DNA of 24,387 bases from Myxococcales bacterium (GCA_045863395.1 BTVJ01000103.1:1-24387); one strand, 5' to 3'; positions 1 to 9,202 are shown, counted from the first letter of the stretch. Made by a program: numbers and translations. The notes: generated by a model from the letters alone, not told the origin.

Positions 1-53
1 CCAGTCCCCCTCCGGCGTGCTGTGATTTGCGCGGTTTCCGATGCGCGTCAACA
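1..53. mobile_element. Possible terminal sequence of an IS or transposon with a TGT...ACA end
   Basis: The minus strand reads TGTTGACGCGCATCGGAAACCGCGCAAATCACAGC from nt 53. This begins exactly where the TOPRIM-like protein stops looking like its family (after DFS). TGCGCG is repeated internally at 28-33 and 42-47. No transposase is visible. Confidence 0.35.
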
Positions 54-613
54 GAAAAGTCCTGAATCAAGGAAGCCACCCTGTGGATGAGCACGTGGGC
101 GTCGAGGCGGCGGAGGCGCCGTGCGCCGAGCGGACTGATCTCGCGGAGCAGCTCTGCGAGCGTCTGCTTCGGATCGGGGAGGGACTCCAGCTTGTGCAGC
201 GGGGGTACGACACACGAGCCCTGTCGCGCCCCCACGGCGGCCTCGATGGCGCTCGGGACCGCGAGGAGCCATGCCTCGGTCATGCGGACCGGAACAGCGC
301 ACACGACCGGGAGGGTGGTCTGATCGGGTCTGCTCGGCAACGCAGCGTCCGCGGCAGCGACGATCTCGCGTACGCGCACCTCGCGGCTCTCGCGCTCTGC
401 GTCTCTGTGTACAATCAATATGTCGCAAGGATGGAGTCTCACGGCGCTCGCAATCCTCTCCGCCAGTGACCTCGGGGGACGAGGCAGCCGACCAAGGTCC
501 GCACGATCCCCGCTGAAGGTCCCCGCCAGGTGTTGCGCGAGCACCCAGTCGATGATGAAACCGAGGACGGCGTCGGACCGCCCGTCCGTCAGCAGGGTGT
601 AGGTGAGCGCCAC
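1..613 (-). CDS. TOPRIM-like (DUF4276-type) protein, partner of the upstream ABC ATPase; reading frame runs off the window and the native C-terminus is probably replaced after about nt 54
   Basis: Not in the ORF track because it has no stop in the window. Manual translation from GTG at 613, 2 nt after the ATPase stop: MALTYTLLTDGRSDAVLGFIIDWVL...ADLGRLPRPPRSLAERIASAVRLHPCDILIVHRDAE...VPVRMTEAWLL...LESLPDPKQTL...IHRVASLIQDFS. The DGxSD, HRDAE and EAWLL motifs are typical of the TOPRIM-like partners of AAA_21 ATPases. Confidence 0.8.
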   Translation of the reverse strand, partial: MALTYTLLTDGRSDAVLGFIIDWVLAQHLAGTFSGDRADLGRLPRPPRSLAERIASAVRLHPCDILIVHRDAERESREVRVREIVAAADAALPSRPDQTTLPVVCAVPVRMTEAWLLAVPSAIEAAVGARQGSCVVPPLHKLESLPDPKQTLAELLREISPLGARRLRRLDAHVLIHRVASLIQDFSVDAHRKPRKSQHAGGGL

Positions 614-615
614 GG

Positions 616-2118
616 TCAGTCAGCCGTTCCAGGCAGGATCCATTGGAGATCGTCGCGATCTATGACGGACACTCCGCCGCGCGACCTGGGTCCACTCGCG
701 GTCCGGATACCCAGATAGGCGGCCAGCTTGCCGGGGGCAACGGGCCGGCGGTCCGGTAGCGTCCTGTGGCGCCATGTGCCGTGGAGCCACTCGAAGTTGG
801 CCACGGGGGCAAACGTGCCGTCTGCCCGCACCTTCTTCGTCGACGCGACAATCAGGTCCTGGTCTGTGACGTGAGCCACCACGCTGGGGGAGTGGGTATT
901 GATGATGATCTGGCGGAGCAGATTCTCCGAGTCCACGCCCGACGGGTCCGCAGCGAGTCCATCGAGGAGCGCAAGCAGGCTCGGGATTCGGCTGGGATGA
1001 AAGCCGTTCTCGGGTTCCTCCAGACACAGGGTACCGTGGGCTTCAGGATCCAGGTCGAGGACGGCCAGCGCCAGGAAGCGGAGCGTTCCATCGCTCAGGG
1101 ACCGCGCCTCGTGTCGCGTGCCCAGGCGGTCCGTCACGAGGAGTGTGTAGAGCTCCCTCCGCGAGTCCGCGTCAATCACCACCGCACCGACGTCTTCGAG
1201 GAGCTCCGAGAGCCTCGCCGCGAGCGACGCGAGCACCTCGGGAGCACCGACTGGGGCCCCGTCCATGTCAGGCCGTACCCGAGCCAGCCGGGCGACCGTC
1301 GCCGCGAGGTGCGAGCCGTTGGAGGAGAGGCGTGGTGGCGCCTGCCAGGAGTCAGGAGTGCGGAGGGCCGATGGCTCGAGCTGCAACGCACGCCACGACT
1401 GCATCTCACGTCGCGCCAGGAGGACCGTCGGGCTCTCGGAGGCGTTCGCCCCTGACAGAACCGTGCGCGGTAGCTGGTCCGCCCGGAGCGTCCTCGGGCG
1501 TCCCCCCGTCCCATCCTGGTGCAGCCTGATGATCGTGGGTGTCGGTCCGCCGCCGTTGCTGGCCTGACCCAGCTCAGTCGAGATGAAGGGGGCCTTGCCC
1601 TGCTGGTTCCCGCGACGCCCCGGCCCCCGAAGGACGGAGTCCATCCATGGGCGCGACGCCCCAAACGCGCCCAGCTTCTCTCTGGCCTCGTCGCGAGTAA
1701 ATGCTGTGAGCTCCTCGCGCGCGACCTGCATGGGGCTCAGCCCGGGGGCCTCGCGCTCCGGCCGCCAGACCAGCTCCAGCGCGTACCGCAGAAACGTGAA
1801 GGTGGCTCGCGCCTCCTGGCCCAGATCGTCGACTCCCACAGCCGGAACCAACATCTCCACCTCGAAGGACATGCGGTCCGTGTGCAGCATCCCTACCCTG
1901 TGAAACAAGCCGCGCACATCCCACGCTCGCCCGTCGCCCCGAATGGCAGCGGCAGCGTCCAGCAGCGGACGGTCAGCGAGCTGTGAGAGAAAGAGGATGG
2001 CGTCAAAGAGGTTGGACTTGCCGACTCCGTTTGCGCCCGCAACGCATGTGAAGGGCCCGAACGGGATATCGACATCCGCCAGGTTCTTGAACCCGCGCAC
2101 CCTCAGTCTCGTCAGCAT
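616..2118 (-). CDS. ABC/SMC-like AAA family ATPase (AAA_21-type)
   Basis: Walker A GANGVGKS, signature LSDGT, Walker B/D-loop LCLEEPENG and H-loop INTHSP. The N-terminus LTRLRVRGFKNL is typical of the family. GAGGT RBS 6 nt before ATG 2118; alternative start GTG 2121. Confidence 0.92.
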   Translation of the reverse strand: MLTRLRVRGFKNLADVDIPFGPFTCVAGANGVGKSNLFDAILFLSQLADRPLLDAAAAIRGDGRAWDVRGLFHRVGMLHTDRMSFEVEMLVPAVGVDDLGQEARATFTFLRYALELVWRPEREAPGLSPMQVAREELTAFTRDEAREKLGAFGASRPWMDSVLRGPGRRGNQQGKAPFISTELGQASNGGGPTPTIIRLHQDGTGGRPRTLRADQLPRTVLSGANASESPTVLLARREMQSWRALQLEPSALRTPDSWQAPPRLSSNGSHLAATVARLARVRPDMDGAPVGAPEVLASLAARLSELLEDVGAVVIDADSRRELYTLLVTDRLGTRHEARSLSDGTLRFLALAVLDLDPEAHGTLCLEEPENGFHPSRIPSLLALLDGLAADPSGVDSENLLRQIIINTHSPSVVAHVTDQDLIVASTKKVRADGTFAPVANFEWLHGTWRHRTLPDRRPVAPGKLAAYLGIRTASGPRSRGGVSVIDRDDLQWILPGTAD

Positions 2119-2240
2119 CACTCCACCTCGCGTCGAGCCTAGCTCAGCGGGAGCGCTCGGTCAAAGGCCGCGACAGTGGCGGTCTGCCTCCGCCGCGGTC
2201 CGGGCCGCGAGGCAGAGGCGCTTGCCGGCGCTCGCTCCTG

Positions 2241-2254
2241 ACTGGCCGGCCAGT
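2241..2254. promoter_or_regulatory. Distal palindromic operator ACTGGCCGGCCAGT (putative TetR site)
   Basis: Perfect 14-bp palindrome, identical to the core of the 2301-2320 site. Both sites are preceded by GCTCC(TG). Confidence 0.7.
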
Positions 2255-2266
2255 GCAGATTTGGGC

Positions 2267-2295
2267 TTGACGCGCTGCGCAACGGCGTCCATGAT
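2267..2295 (+). promoter_or_regulatory. sigma70-like promoter of the tetR operon
   Basis: TTGACG (2267-2272), 17-bp spacer, CATGAT (2290-2295). Confidence 0.6.
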
Positions 2296-2300
2296 GCTCC

Positions 2301-2320
2301 TGTACTGGCCGGCCAGTACA
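2301..2320. promoter_or_regulatory. Proximal palindromic operator TGTACTGGCCGGCCAGTACA (putative TetR autoregulatory site)
   Basis: Perfect 20-bp palindrome over the predicted transcription start, immediately before the AAGGAG RBS of tetR. Confidence 0.8.
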
Positions 2321-2331
2321 AAGGAGAGCCC

Positions 2332-2952
2332 ATGGAGCCCTGCACCGTCAACCTGGAGAACCCCTCGGTCCAGCGCATCCTGCACGCAGCGGCCGCCTGC
2401 TTCGGGCGCAGGGGCTACCGCGGGGCGTCCATGCAGGACATCGCGCGGGAGGCGGGTGTCAGCAAGTCGCTCCTGCACTACCACTTCGAGTCCAAGGAGC
2501 ACCTGCTGCTGGAGGTGCACCTCCAGCTCATCCGCGATCTGTTGGACCGCATCCGGGTCGTTGCGGCGGAAGAGAACCGGACCATCGACCACTTCAGCCG
2601 CGCCCTGGAGCAGGTGCTGTCCTTCCTTGAGAGCGACCTCGACTCCATCCTGGTGCTCTTCGAGCTGCGCAACGTGGTGCCGGACAACCCGGAGCTGGCG
2701 ACGCGGCTCGCCCGCTTCAACGACGAGGTCATCTCGCTGGTGGTGGAGGGCATCCACAACGTGCTCGGGCCCTTCGTCGACCGGCTGCGCGTGCCCCCGG
2801 AGCGCCTCGCGCGCATGCTGCGCACGCTGCTGCAGGGGCTCCTCATCGATCTGGCCTTCGCGCGGGAGGAGGCGGATCGCCAGGCTGTCCACGAGACCTT
2901 CGCCGACTTCAGGAACCTGCTCACCGAGGCGCTGCTGACCCGGCTGAGCTGA
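2332..2952 (+). CDS. TetR/AcrR family transcriptional regulator
   Basis: N-terminal HTH RILHAAAACFGRRGYRGASMQDIAREAGVSKSLLHYHFESKEHL; AAGGAG RBS. Confidence 0.95.
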   Translation: MEPCTVNLENPSVQRILHAAAACFGRRGYRGASMQDIAREAGVSKSLLHYHFESKEHLLLEVHLQLIRDLLDRIRVVAAEENRTIDHFSRALEQVLSFLESDLDSILVLFELRNVVPDNPELATRLARFNDEVISLVVEGIHNVLGPFVDRLRVPPERLARMLRTLLQGLLIDLAFAREEADRQAVHETFADFRNLLTEALLTRLS

Positions 2953-2968
2953 CACGGAGGATGACAAG

Positions 2969-4000
2969 ATGCTGTCGCTGCACGGAAAGGGGTTCCGGAC
3001 CATCCCGTACCAGATGTTCGACCGGGCGCACTACGGGCTCGAGGCCAAGAACGCCAGGGTGCTCGAGCGCATCTACCACAAGGGCCACGCCCAGGCCTGG
3101 GACGGCCAGAAGGTGCTCGCGAGCCTCATCGAGACCCACGGCGCGCCCACCCTCGAGCCGGAGCAGAAGGCGGCGCTGGGGCGCGTCTTCTCCATCATCA
3201 TGTGGGGAGAGCTGGCGGCGTGGCGCATCAGCGCGGAGCTCGCGGACGAGCTGGAGCCCCTGGAGGCCAAGATGGCGGCCACCAGCCAGGCCTTCGACGA
3301 GGCCCGCCACTTCTACGTGTTCCACGACTACCTGGAGGCGCTGGGCGCCCTGCCCGACCGGATCGACCCCGGCGCCAAGGGGCTGCTCGAGGCGGTCATG
3401 AACGCAGACCACCTGGCGAAGAAGCTCCTCGGCATGCAGCTCATGGTCGAGCCCATCGCGCTGACCCTGTTCCAGGTGGTGCGCAAGCTCAACCTGGAGC
3501 CGGTGCTGACCCACCTCTTGCCCTACTACGAGCGGGACGAGTCGCGGCACGTGGCGCTCGGCCTCCAGTACCTGCCGGCGATGCTCTCGCGCATGAGCGT
3601 GGCGCAGCGCGCGGCGCTCTGGGCCTTCCAGCTCAAGCTCATGACCTACGAGCTCTGGAGCAACTACGGCCTTTCGAGGGATCTGCTGACCCTCGGAGTG
3701 GACCCGCGGACGCTCATCGAGGTCGGCAAGGGCAAGCAGATGCGGGCCCTGAAGCTGACCATGCAGAGCATGGGCGTCGAGATCACGACCCACCAGATGC
3801 TCTTCAGCCGCTACGTGGACTGCATGGCCGAGCTGACCATCCCGAGCATCGACCCCGCGGACTCTCTGTGGAAGAGGATCCAGCGCGCCGTGGACGCCGC
3901 ACTCCACGGGCGCTTCGAGGCCGAGGTGGACCTGGTCCCGGACGTGACCGACGAGCAGGTGCCGTTCATCCAGCGGAGCGCGGAGGGGCTGGAGCACTGA
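2969..4000 (+). CDS. Ferritin-like diiron-carboxylate protein (AurF/desaturase-like superfamily)
   Basis: Ligand pattern E...DEARH...E...DESRH (WGELAAW, FDEARHF, MVEPIAL, RDESRHV). GGAGG RBS; 16 nt after tetR. Confidence 0.85.
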   Translation: MLSLHGKGFRTIPYQMFDRAHYGLEAKNARVLERIYHKGHAQAWDGQKVLASLIETHGAPTLEPEQKAALGRVFSIIMWGELAAWRISAELADELEPLEAKMAATSQAFDEARHFYVFHDYLEALGALPDRIDPGAKGLLEAVMNADHLAKKLLGMQLMVEPIALTLFQVVRKLNLEPVLTHLLPYYERDESRHVALGLQYLPAMLSRMSVAQRAALWAFQLKLMTYELWSNYGLSRDLLTLGVDPRTLIEVGKGKQMRALKLTMQSMGVEITTHQMLFSRYVDCMAELTIPSIDPADSLWKRIQRAVDAALHGRFEAEVDLVPDVTDEQVPFIQRSAEGLEH

Positions 4001-4009
4001 CCGCCGGGG

Positions 4010-5866
4010 TCAGTCGATCTCCAGGGCCGGCAGCGGGCGGGCGAAGAGGCGCTCCCACGCCCGCTTCGCGGCGGCGCGAACGCTCTCGGGGGGCAGCTCC
4101 AGCAGATCGATGACGCGGGTCGCGACGCGTGCGCGGCGCACGACCCTGCCCGGCACCATCTCCTCGCGGGCGACGCCAGCCTCCTCACCGAGGGCGTCGA
4201 GCAGCACCAAGGTGGCGTAGGACTCGGCCGTCCCCCACAGGTCTTCATCCAAGGCAAAGCGCGCAGCGAGGGCCAGGTTCACCTGCAGGGTGCGATCATC
4301 CCGGGCGAGCTCGGAGAGATAGGCCGACAGCTCCAAGGCCGAGCGGCGGACCCACGAGGGGACCGTCTCCGCCGCGCCGGTGGCCGCACGCAGCGCCTCG
4401 GGAACGACGAACGCCTCGCCCAGGGCCAGGTCCAGGCGGTGCTGCGCCTCGTGGCGCTCCACCGACGACGAGACGGCCTCGTGGAGCGCCGCGAAGGCGG
4501 CGCGAACCCCGTTGTCGTCCAGCGCATCGTCGATGCTTCGGAGCTGCCGCAGGTCCTCCGACGGAGCCTTGCCGTCGAGCTGCGACACGAGGCTGTCCGG
4601 CAGGGCCAGGGTCTCCGGGTCCTCGAAGGTCGCGCCCGAGCGGCGCAGCTCGCGGCGCACCCGGTCGAGGGCCTCGCGCCGCCGCGAGAGCAGGTCCGCC
4701 GCCCTCGCCGCATCGGCGCCGTCCAAGCCCGGTAGACGCCCGAGCTGCTCCCGGACGGCAAGGCCCGCCCGCGACTCCACCGCCGCGACCCACCCCGCGC
4801 TCTCCCGATCGGACCGGGACGCGAGTGGCATCGCGCCGCTCGGCGCCAGCGCCGGCAGGACGCGGACCACCACGAGGCCGTCCACCTGGTCGGCGACCAC
4901 GAGCGCCACGTCCAGGGTGTCGCGGGTGTAGCCCAGGTGTGGGCGCTCCCAGTTGAGGGTGTCCAGGCGGCGGATGTGCAGCAGACGCTCCGAGAGATCC
5001 CCCGAGCGCAGCCGCCGCTCCCGCTCGACCACGAAGGAGGTCAGGATGATGCTTCGGATGCCCCCCTCGACGAGCACCTCGCCATCGACGAAGTACGGCT
5101 GGCCTGCCTCCCCCAACGCCCGATCCAGCGCCGCGATGGCCGCGTAGAAGGCGTCGGTCGGTGGGGCTGGGGTGGGCCTGCTCGCTTCGCCGCTCCCCTC
5201 ACCGGAGGCCGCATCTCCCCCTCCACCTCTCGGGGTCTCACCTCCGGCTCTCCCCTGGGCCTCGTCTCGACCCACCGGCCCGACGACGGCCTCCGCCATG
5301 TCCACCAGGTGGCGCAGCGCCGCCGCTGGTGCCTCTCCAATGGCACCGGGTGCGCCATCGAGCAGGGCGGCGCGGGCCTCGGCAAGCGGGCCCTCCGTCT
5401 CTGGGCTCTGGTCGCGCCCCCAGCGGTCCAGCGCGACCACCCAGGACCCGAGAGACTTCCCCAGCAGGCGGCCGGCCGGGGTCGCGCGCGGGTTGGAGGG
5501 GGCCAGGGCTGCCCAGGCGATGATGGCAGCCATGGCGCAGAGGGCGACGCCGCACGCGCTCCAGGTCACCCACCAGCGGCGCGACGGAGGCGGGTGGCGC
5601 GTTGCGCCGAACGCGGCCTCCACGGCACCGGGGGACGGATCGTCGGGGACGGCCCGCGCGGCGATGAGGTACGCGAGGCGCAGAGCGTGCGCCGGCGGGT
5701 CGTCCGGGTGCACGGCGAGCCACGCATCCCGAAGCGCGGACCGCAGGCGCGCGGAACTCAGAGGGCGCAGCAGCGGGTCGCATCCGCGCAGCCGTTCCCA
5801 GGCCGGCTCCTCACGCCCCTCCTGGACGGCTACGGCGAGGGCGTCGAGAACGATGGGTCGAATCAT
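4010..5866 (-). CDS. Hypothetical membrane-anchored protein with an HExxH zinc-binding-like motif
   Basis: Long ORF with an AAGGGAG RBS before ATG 5866. One hydrophobic segment (WWVTWSACGVALCAMAAIIAWAAL), then ERHEAQH and a downstream ELSAYL. Confidence 0.75.
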   Translation of the reverse strand: MIRPIVLDALAVAVQEGREEPAWERLRGCDPLLRPLSSARLRSALRDAWLAVHPDDPPAHALRLAYLIAARAVPDDPSPGAVEAAFGATRHPPPSRRWWVTWSACGVALCAMAAIIAWAALAPSNPRATPAGRLLGKSLGSWVVALDRWGRDQSPETEGPLAEARAALLDGAPGAIGEAPAAALRHLVDMAEAVVGPVGRDEAQGRAGGETPRGGGGDAASGEGSGEASRPTPAPPTDAFYAAIAALDRALGEAGQPYFVDGEVLVEGGIRSIILTSFVVERERRLRSGDLSERLLHIRRLDTLNWERPHLGYTRDTLDVALVVADQVDGLVVVRVLPALAPSGAMPLASRSDRESAGWVAAVESRAGLAVREQLGRLPGLDGADAARAADLLSRRREALDRVRRELRRSGATFEDPETLALPDSLVSQLDGKAPSEDLRQLRSIDDALDDNGVRAAFAALHEAVSSSVERHEAQHRLDLALGEAFVVPEALRAATGAAETVPSWVRRSALELSAYLSELARDDRTLQVNLALAARFALDEDLWGTAESYATLVLLDALGEEAGVAREEMVPGRVVRRARVATRVIDLLELPPESVRAAAKRAWERLFARPLPALEID

Positions 5867-5934
5867 GAGCTCCCTTCTCAATCCCGCCAGATTGGGGTAG
5901 AGAGGCGAAGGTACCACACCCGAAGGAGGCGACA

Positions 5935-7125
5935 ATGGCTCTCGGAACCGCCCTCACCCCATCGGCGACGCGCATCCTCATGCTGGGCTCCGGCGAGCTC
6001 GGCCGCGAGGTGGTCATCGAGGCCATGCGCCTCGGCATGGAGGTCATCGCCTGCGACCGGTACGAGAACGCGCCGGGCATGCAGCTCGCCCACCGATCGC
6101 ACGTGCTCGACATGCAGGATCCGGCGGCCATCCGGCGCGTGGTCACGCAGGAGCGCCCGCACTTCATCGTGCCCGAGATCGAGGCCATCGCGACGGAGAC
6201 CCTCGTGGAGCTGGAGGCGGAGGGGTGGACGGTCATCCCCACGGCGCGGGCGGCGCGGCTGACCATGAACCGGGAGGGCATCCGGCGCCTGGCGGCCGAG
6301 GAGCTGGGGCTGCCGACGAGCCCCTACCGCTTCGCGGACTCGTTGGAGGGGCTGCAGGCTGGAGTGGAGGCCGTGGGGCTCCCCTGCATCGTCAAGCCCG
6401 TGATGTCCAGCTCCGGCAAGGGACAGAGCACGGTGCGCACCGAGGCGGACATCGCCACGGCGTGGAAGTACGCGCTGGAGGGCTCTCGGGGACGCTCGGC
6501 GCGCGTCATCGTCGAGGGCTTCGTCCGCTTCGACACGGAGATCACGCTGCTCACGGTGCGCACGGCCCACGAGGGCACGCTGTTCTGCCCCCCCATCGGC
6601 CACCGCCAGGAGCGCGGGGACTACATGGAGTCCTGGCAGCCCGAGGCGCTGTCCGCCGGTGTGCTGGCCCGCTCGCAGGAGATCGCGGCGAAGATCACCG
6701 ACGCGCTCGGCGGGCGCGGCATCTTCGGGGTGGAGCTGTTCATCTGTGGGCACGAGGTCGTGTTCAGCGAGGTGAGCCCGCGCCCCCACGACACCGGGAT
6801 GGTCACCATGGCGAGCCAGCACATGAGCGAGTTCGAGCTGCACGTGCGGGCGATCCTCGGGCTGCCCATCGGGCGCATCGACCTGGCTGCGCCGGGCGCC
6901 TCGTCGGTGATCCTCGCGGAGCAGGCCGGGACCAACCCCCGCTTCGAGGGTGTGGAGGACGCCCTGGCAGACCCCCGCGCCACGGTGCGGCTCTTCGGGA
7001 AGCCGGACACGCGGCGCTACCGGCGCATGGGCGTGGTCGTCGCACGGGCGGACAGCGTTCACGACGCACGGCGGTTGGCCAACGAGGCGGCGGGGCGCGT
7101 GCGCGTCGTCGTCGACCCGGCGTAG
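5935..7125 (+). CDS. purT: Formate-dependent phosphoribosylglycinamide formyltransferase
   Basis: [57 protein letters not shown] and RRMGV motifs; AAGGAGG RBS. Confidence 0.97.
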   Translation: MALGTALTPSATRILMLGSGELGREVVIEAMRLGMEVIACDRYENAPGMQLAHRSHVLDMQDPAAIRRVVTQERPHFIVPEIEAIATETLVELEAEGWTVIPTARAARLTMNREGIRRLAAEELGLPTSPYRFADSLEGLQAGVEAVGLPCIVKPVMSSSGKGQSTVRTEADIATAWKYALEGSRGRSARVIVEGFVRFDTEITLLTVRTAHEGTLFCPPIGHRQERGDYMESWQPEALSAGVLARSQEIAAKITDALGGRGIFGVELFICGHEVVFSEVSPRPHDTGMVTMASQHMSEFELHVRAILGLPIGRIDLAAPGASSVILAEQAGTNPRFEGVEDALADPRATVRLFGKPDTRRYRRMGVVVARADSVHDARRLANEAAGRVRVVVDPA

Positions 7126-7126
7126 C

Positions 7127-9049
7127 ATGGACCGCCTCTGGCAGCGAGTCGCCGAGGGGCGACACACCGCGGTGGTCGGCGGGCTCCCCCCCCAGCCAGG
7201 CAGCATCACCCTGGTGCGCGTCGCCTGTGACGGCCCGGGGAGGCCGCTCGGTCCCATCCTGGAGGCGCGGGCTCGCGCCGAGACCCTGCTTGGTGAAGAC
7301 GCGACACCCGACCTGGTCGACCGTGTGCGGGCCGGGCTCAGGCGGCGCCTGCTGGGCGACGACGAGCCCGACGCCCCCGGCGACGTGGTGGCCGTGCTCA
7401 ACCGCCTCGCGCGCGTGTCCCAGCAGTCAGTGGCCCTGGTCTTCGACGCGGTCGAGCTTGCGGACGCGAGCACCGTCGAGCTGCTCCGCGAGATCGTCGC
7501 GCGCAAGGGCTGGCTCACCATGCCCCTGGTGCTCGCCATGCGCACGAAGCCCACGGGGAGGGCCGCCGAGCTGCTCCGGGCGCTCGTCGTGGCCGAGGGC
7601 CCGGAGGCGGTCGTGGACGTGGACGTCCCCGAGACGTTGGACGACCCGGGCTCCTTCGAGCACCTCCCTGGCGACGTCCGCCTCGCGTTGCGTGCCGCGG
7701 CCCACGTGGGCGCGCTCTTCGAGGCCCGCCACGTGGCGACCCTGCTCGGCATCGGCGAGCAGGCGGTGCTCGAGCGGCTCCAGGTCGCGGCCGACGCAGG
7801 AGTCCCCCTGGAGGACCGCGGCGACGGGCGCGTCCGCATGCCGGAGACCACCGCGGAGGCGCTCCGGGGCTCCACCCTCGCGTCTCTGAGCCGGCGCTGA
7901 CACCAGGCCCTCGCTGAGCTCGTGGCCCCCCCTCTGGAGGAGGCGGCTCATCAGGAGCGCGGCTGCCACGCGAGGGCTGCCCGCCACCTCGTGGCGGCAG
8001 GAGACTATGACGGTGCCGCCACCCGCTTCTTGGAGGCCGCGGGTGAGGCGAGGCGCGTTGGCGCCGCCACAGAGGCGCTGGGGTTCGCCCGCATCGCCCA
8101 CGGGCTGGCGGTGCAGCTCCCGACGACCGAGGCACGGCGCAGCCTGCGGGTGCGGATCCTGACAGAGACTGCGAGGCTCCAGTGGGAGAGCCACGGGCCA
8201 GGCGCCGACTTCACCCTGGCTGGGGCGCTCCAGACGGTGGATCAGGCAGCCGCGCTCCTGCGGGACGACGATCCGCTGTCCCTGCGTGCCGACCTGGCGG
8301 CCCTCACGGCGGCCATCTGCTACGACATCGGCGACGCAGGCCACCTGGAGCGGGCAATGCTCGAGCTGACCCGGACGGGCAGAGAGCTGCAGGCCGCGGG
8401 AGACACCCTCGGAGCGGCGCGCCTGCTCACCGAGCAGGCCGCAGTGCTGGCGCGGGTGGGTGAGGCGGAGCGGGCGGCCGACGCCCTCGCCCGGTCACGC
8501 CAGGTGTTCGTAGCACAGGCGGACGACGACCCTGACGCGCTCCTGGACCTCGGCGAGACCGATCACCTGCTGGCGCGCATGGCGCTTCATCGGGAGGCCG
8601 ACTGGCAGGCTGCGCTGGACTACGGGTGGTCGGCCGAGCAGTCCTACCGGAAGCTCGGGCGCAGCCGCGAGCAGGCGCGAGTCTGGGAGACCCTGGGGCG
8701 CCTGGAGCTGCGCGCCGAGAACACGGAGGCGGCCGCAGACCTCCTGACCCGCGCCGTGGAGGCGCAGCAGCGGTCCGGCGACGTGGTGGGGCTGGCGCGG
8801 TCCTCCGCCGCGCTCGCAGACGTCCTGGCGACGAAGGACCGCCACTACGAGGCGCTGGCCGTCCTGGGCGAGTCCATCGAGCTGAACCTCGAGAAGGGGT
8901 CGATCCAGGGCCTCGCCTTCAACCGAGGCGCCCTCGAGGCGCTGCGGGGGCGGCTGACCCCGCAGCAGGCGCTGGAGCTGAGCTACGAGCTCCGCCGCGT
9001 CGAGCAGCGCCTGACGACGGCCGAGGCGACCCTGGGGCCCGTGCTGTAA
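7127..9049 (+). pseudogene. Degenerate STAND/AAA-like domain plus TPR-repeat protein, interrupted by one in-frame TGA at 7898-7900
   Basis: ATG 7127 lies 1 nt after the purT stop. ORFs 7127-7900 and 7922-9049 share a frame and read continuously as LASLSRR*HQALAELVAPP. Walker-B-like VALVFDAVELAD, then LVLAMR; TPR-like repeats in the C-terminal half. Confidence 0.75.
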
Positions 9050-9202
9050 TAGCCCGTTCAACCGAGGACGCCGATGCGCCCCGCAGGCGGATCGGCCGGA
9101 CCGCAGGCAGCGCTTCGTCCTTCCACGGTCTCGGCGGGCCAGCAGCGGGGATGCAGCGGCAGCCGAATGGACCCGTGATTGCTGCGCGGGCCCCAAGTCA
9201 CG

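Noticed and set aside
495..520. Suspected frameshift in the TOPRIM-like gene
   Set aside because: Recounting shows four C residues at 508-511, so the frame is continuous (TFSGDRADLG).
7898..7950. Selenocysteine recoding of the in-frame TGA
   Set aside because: No convincing bacterial SECIS hairpin follows. The context suits Trp in a helix, not a redox Cys/Sec site.
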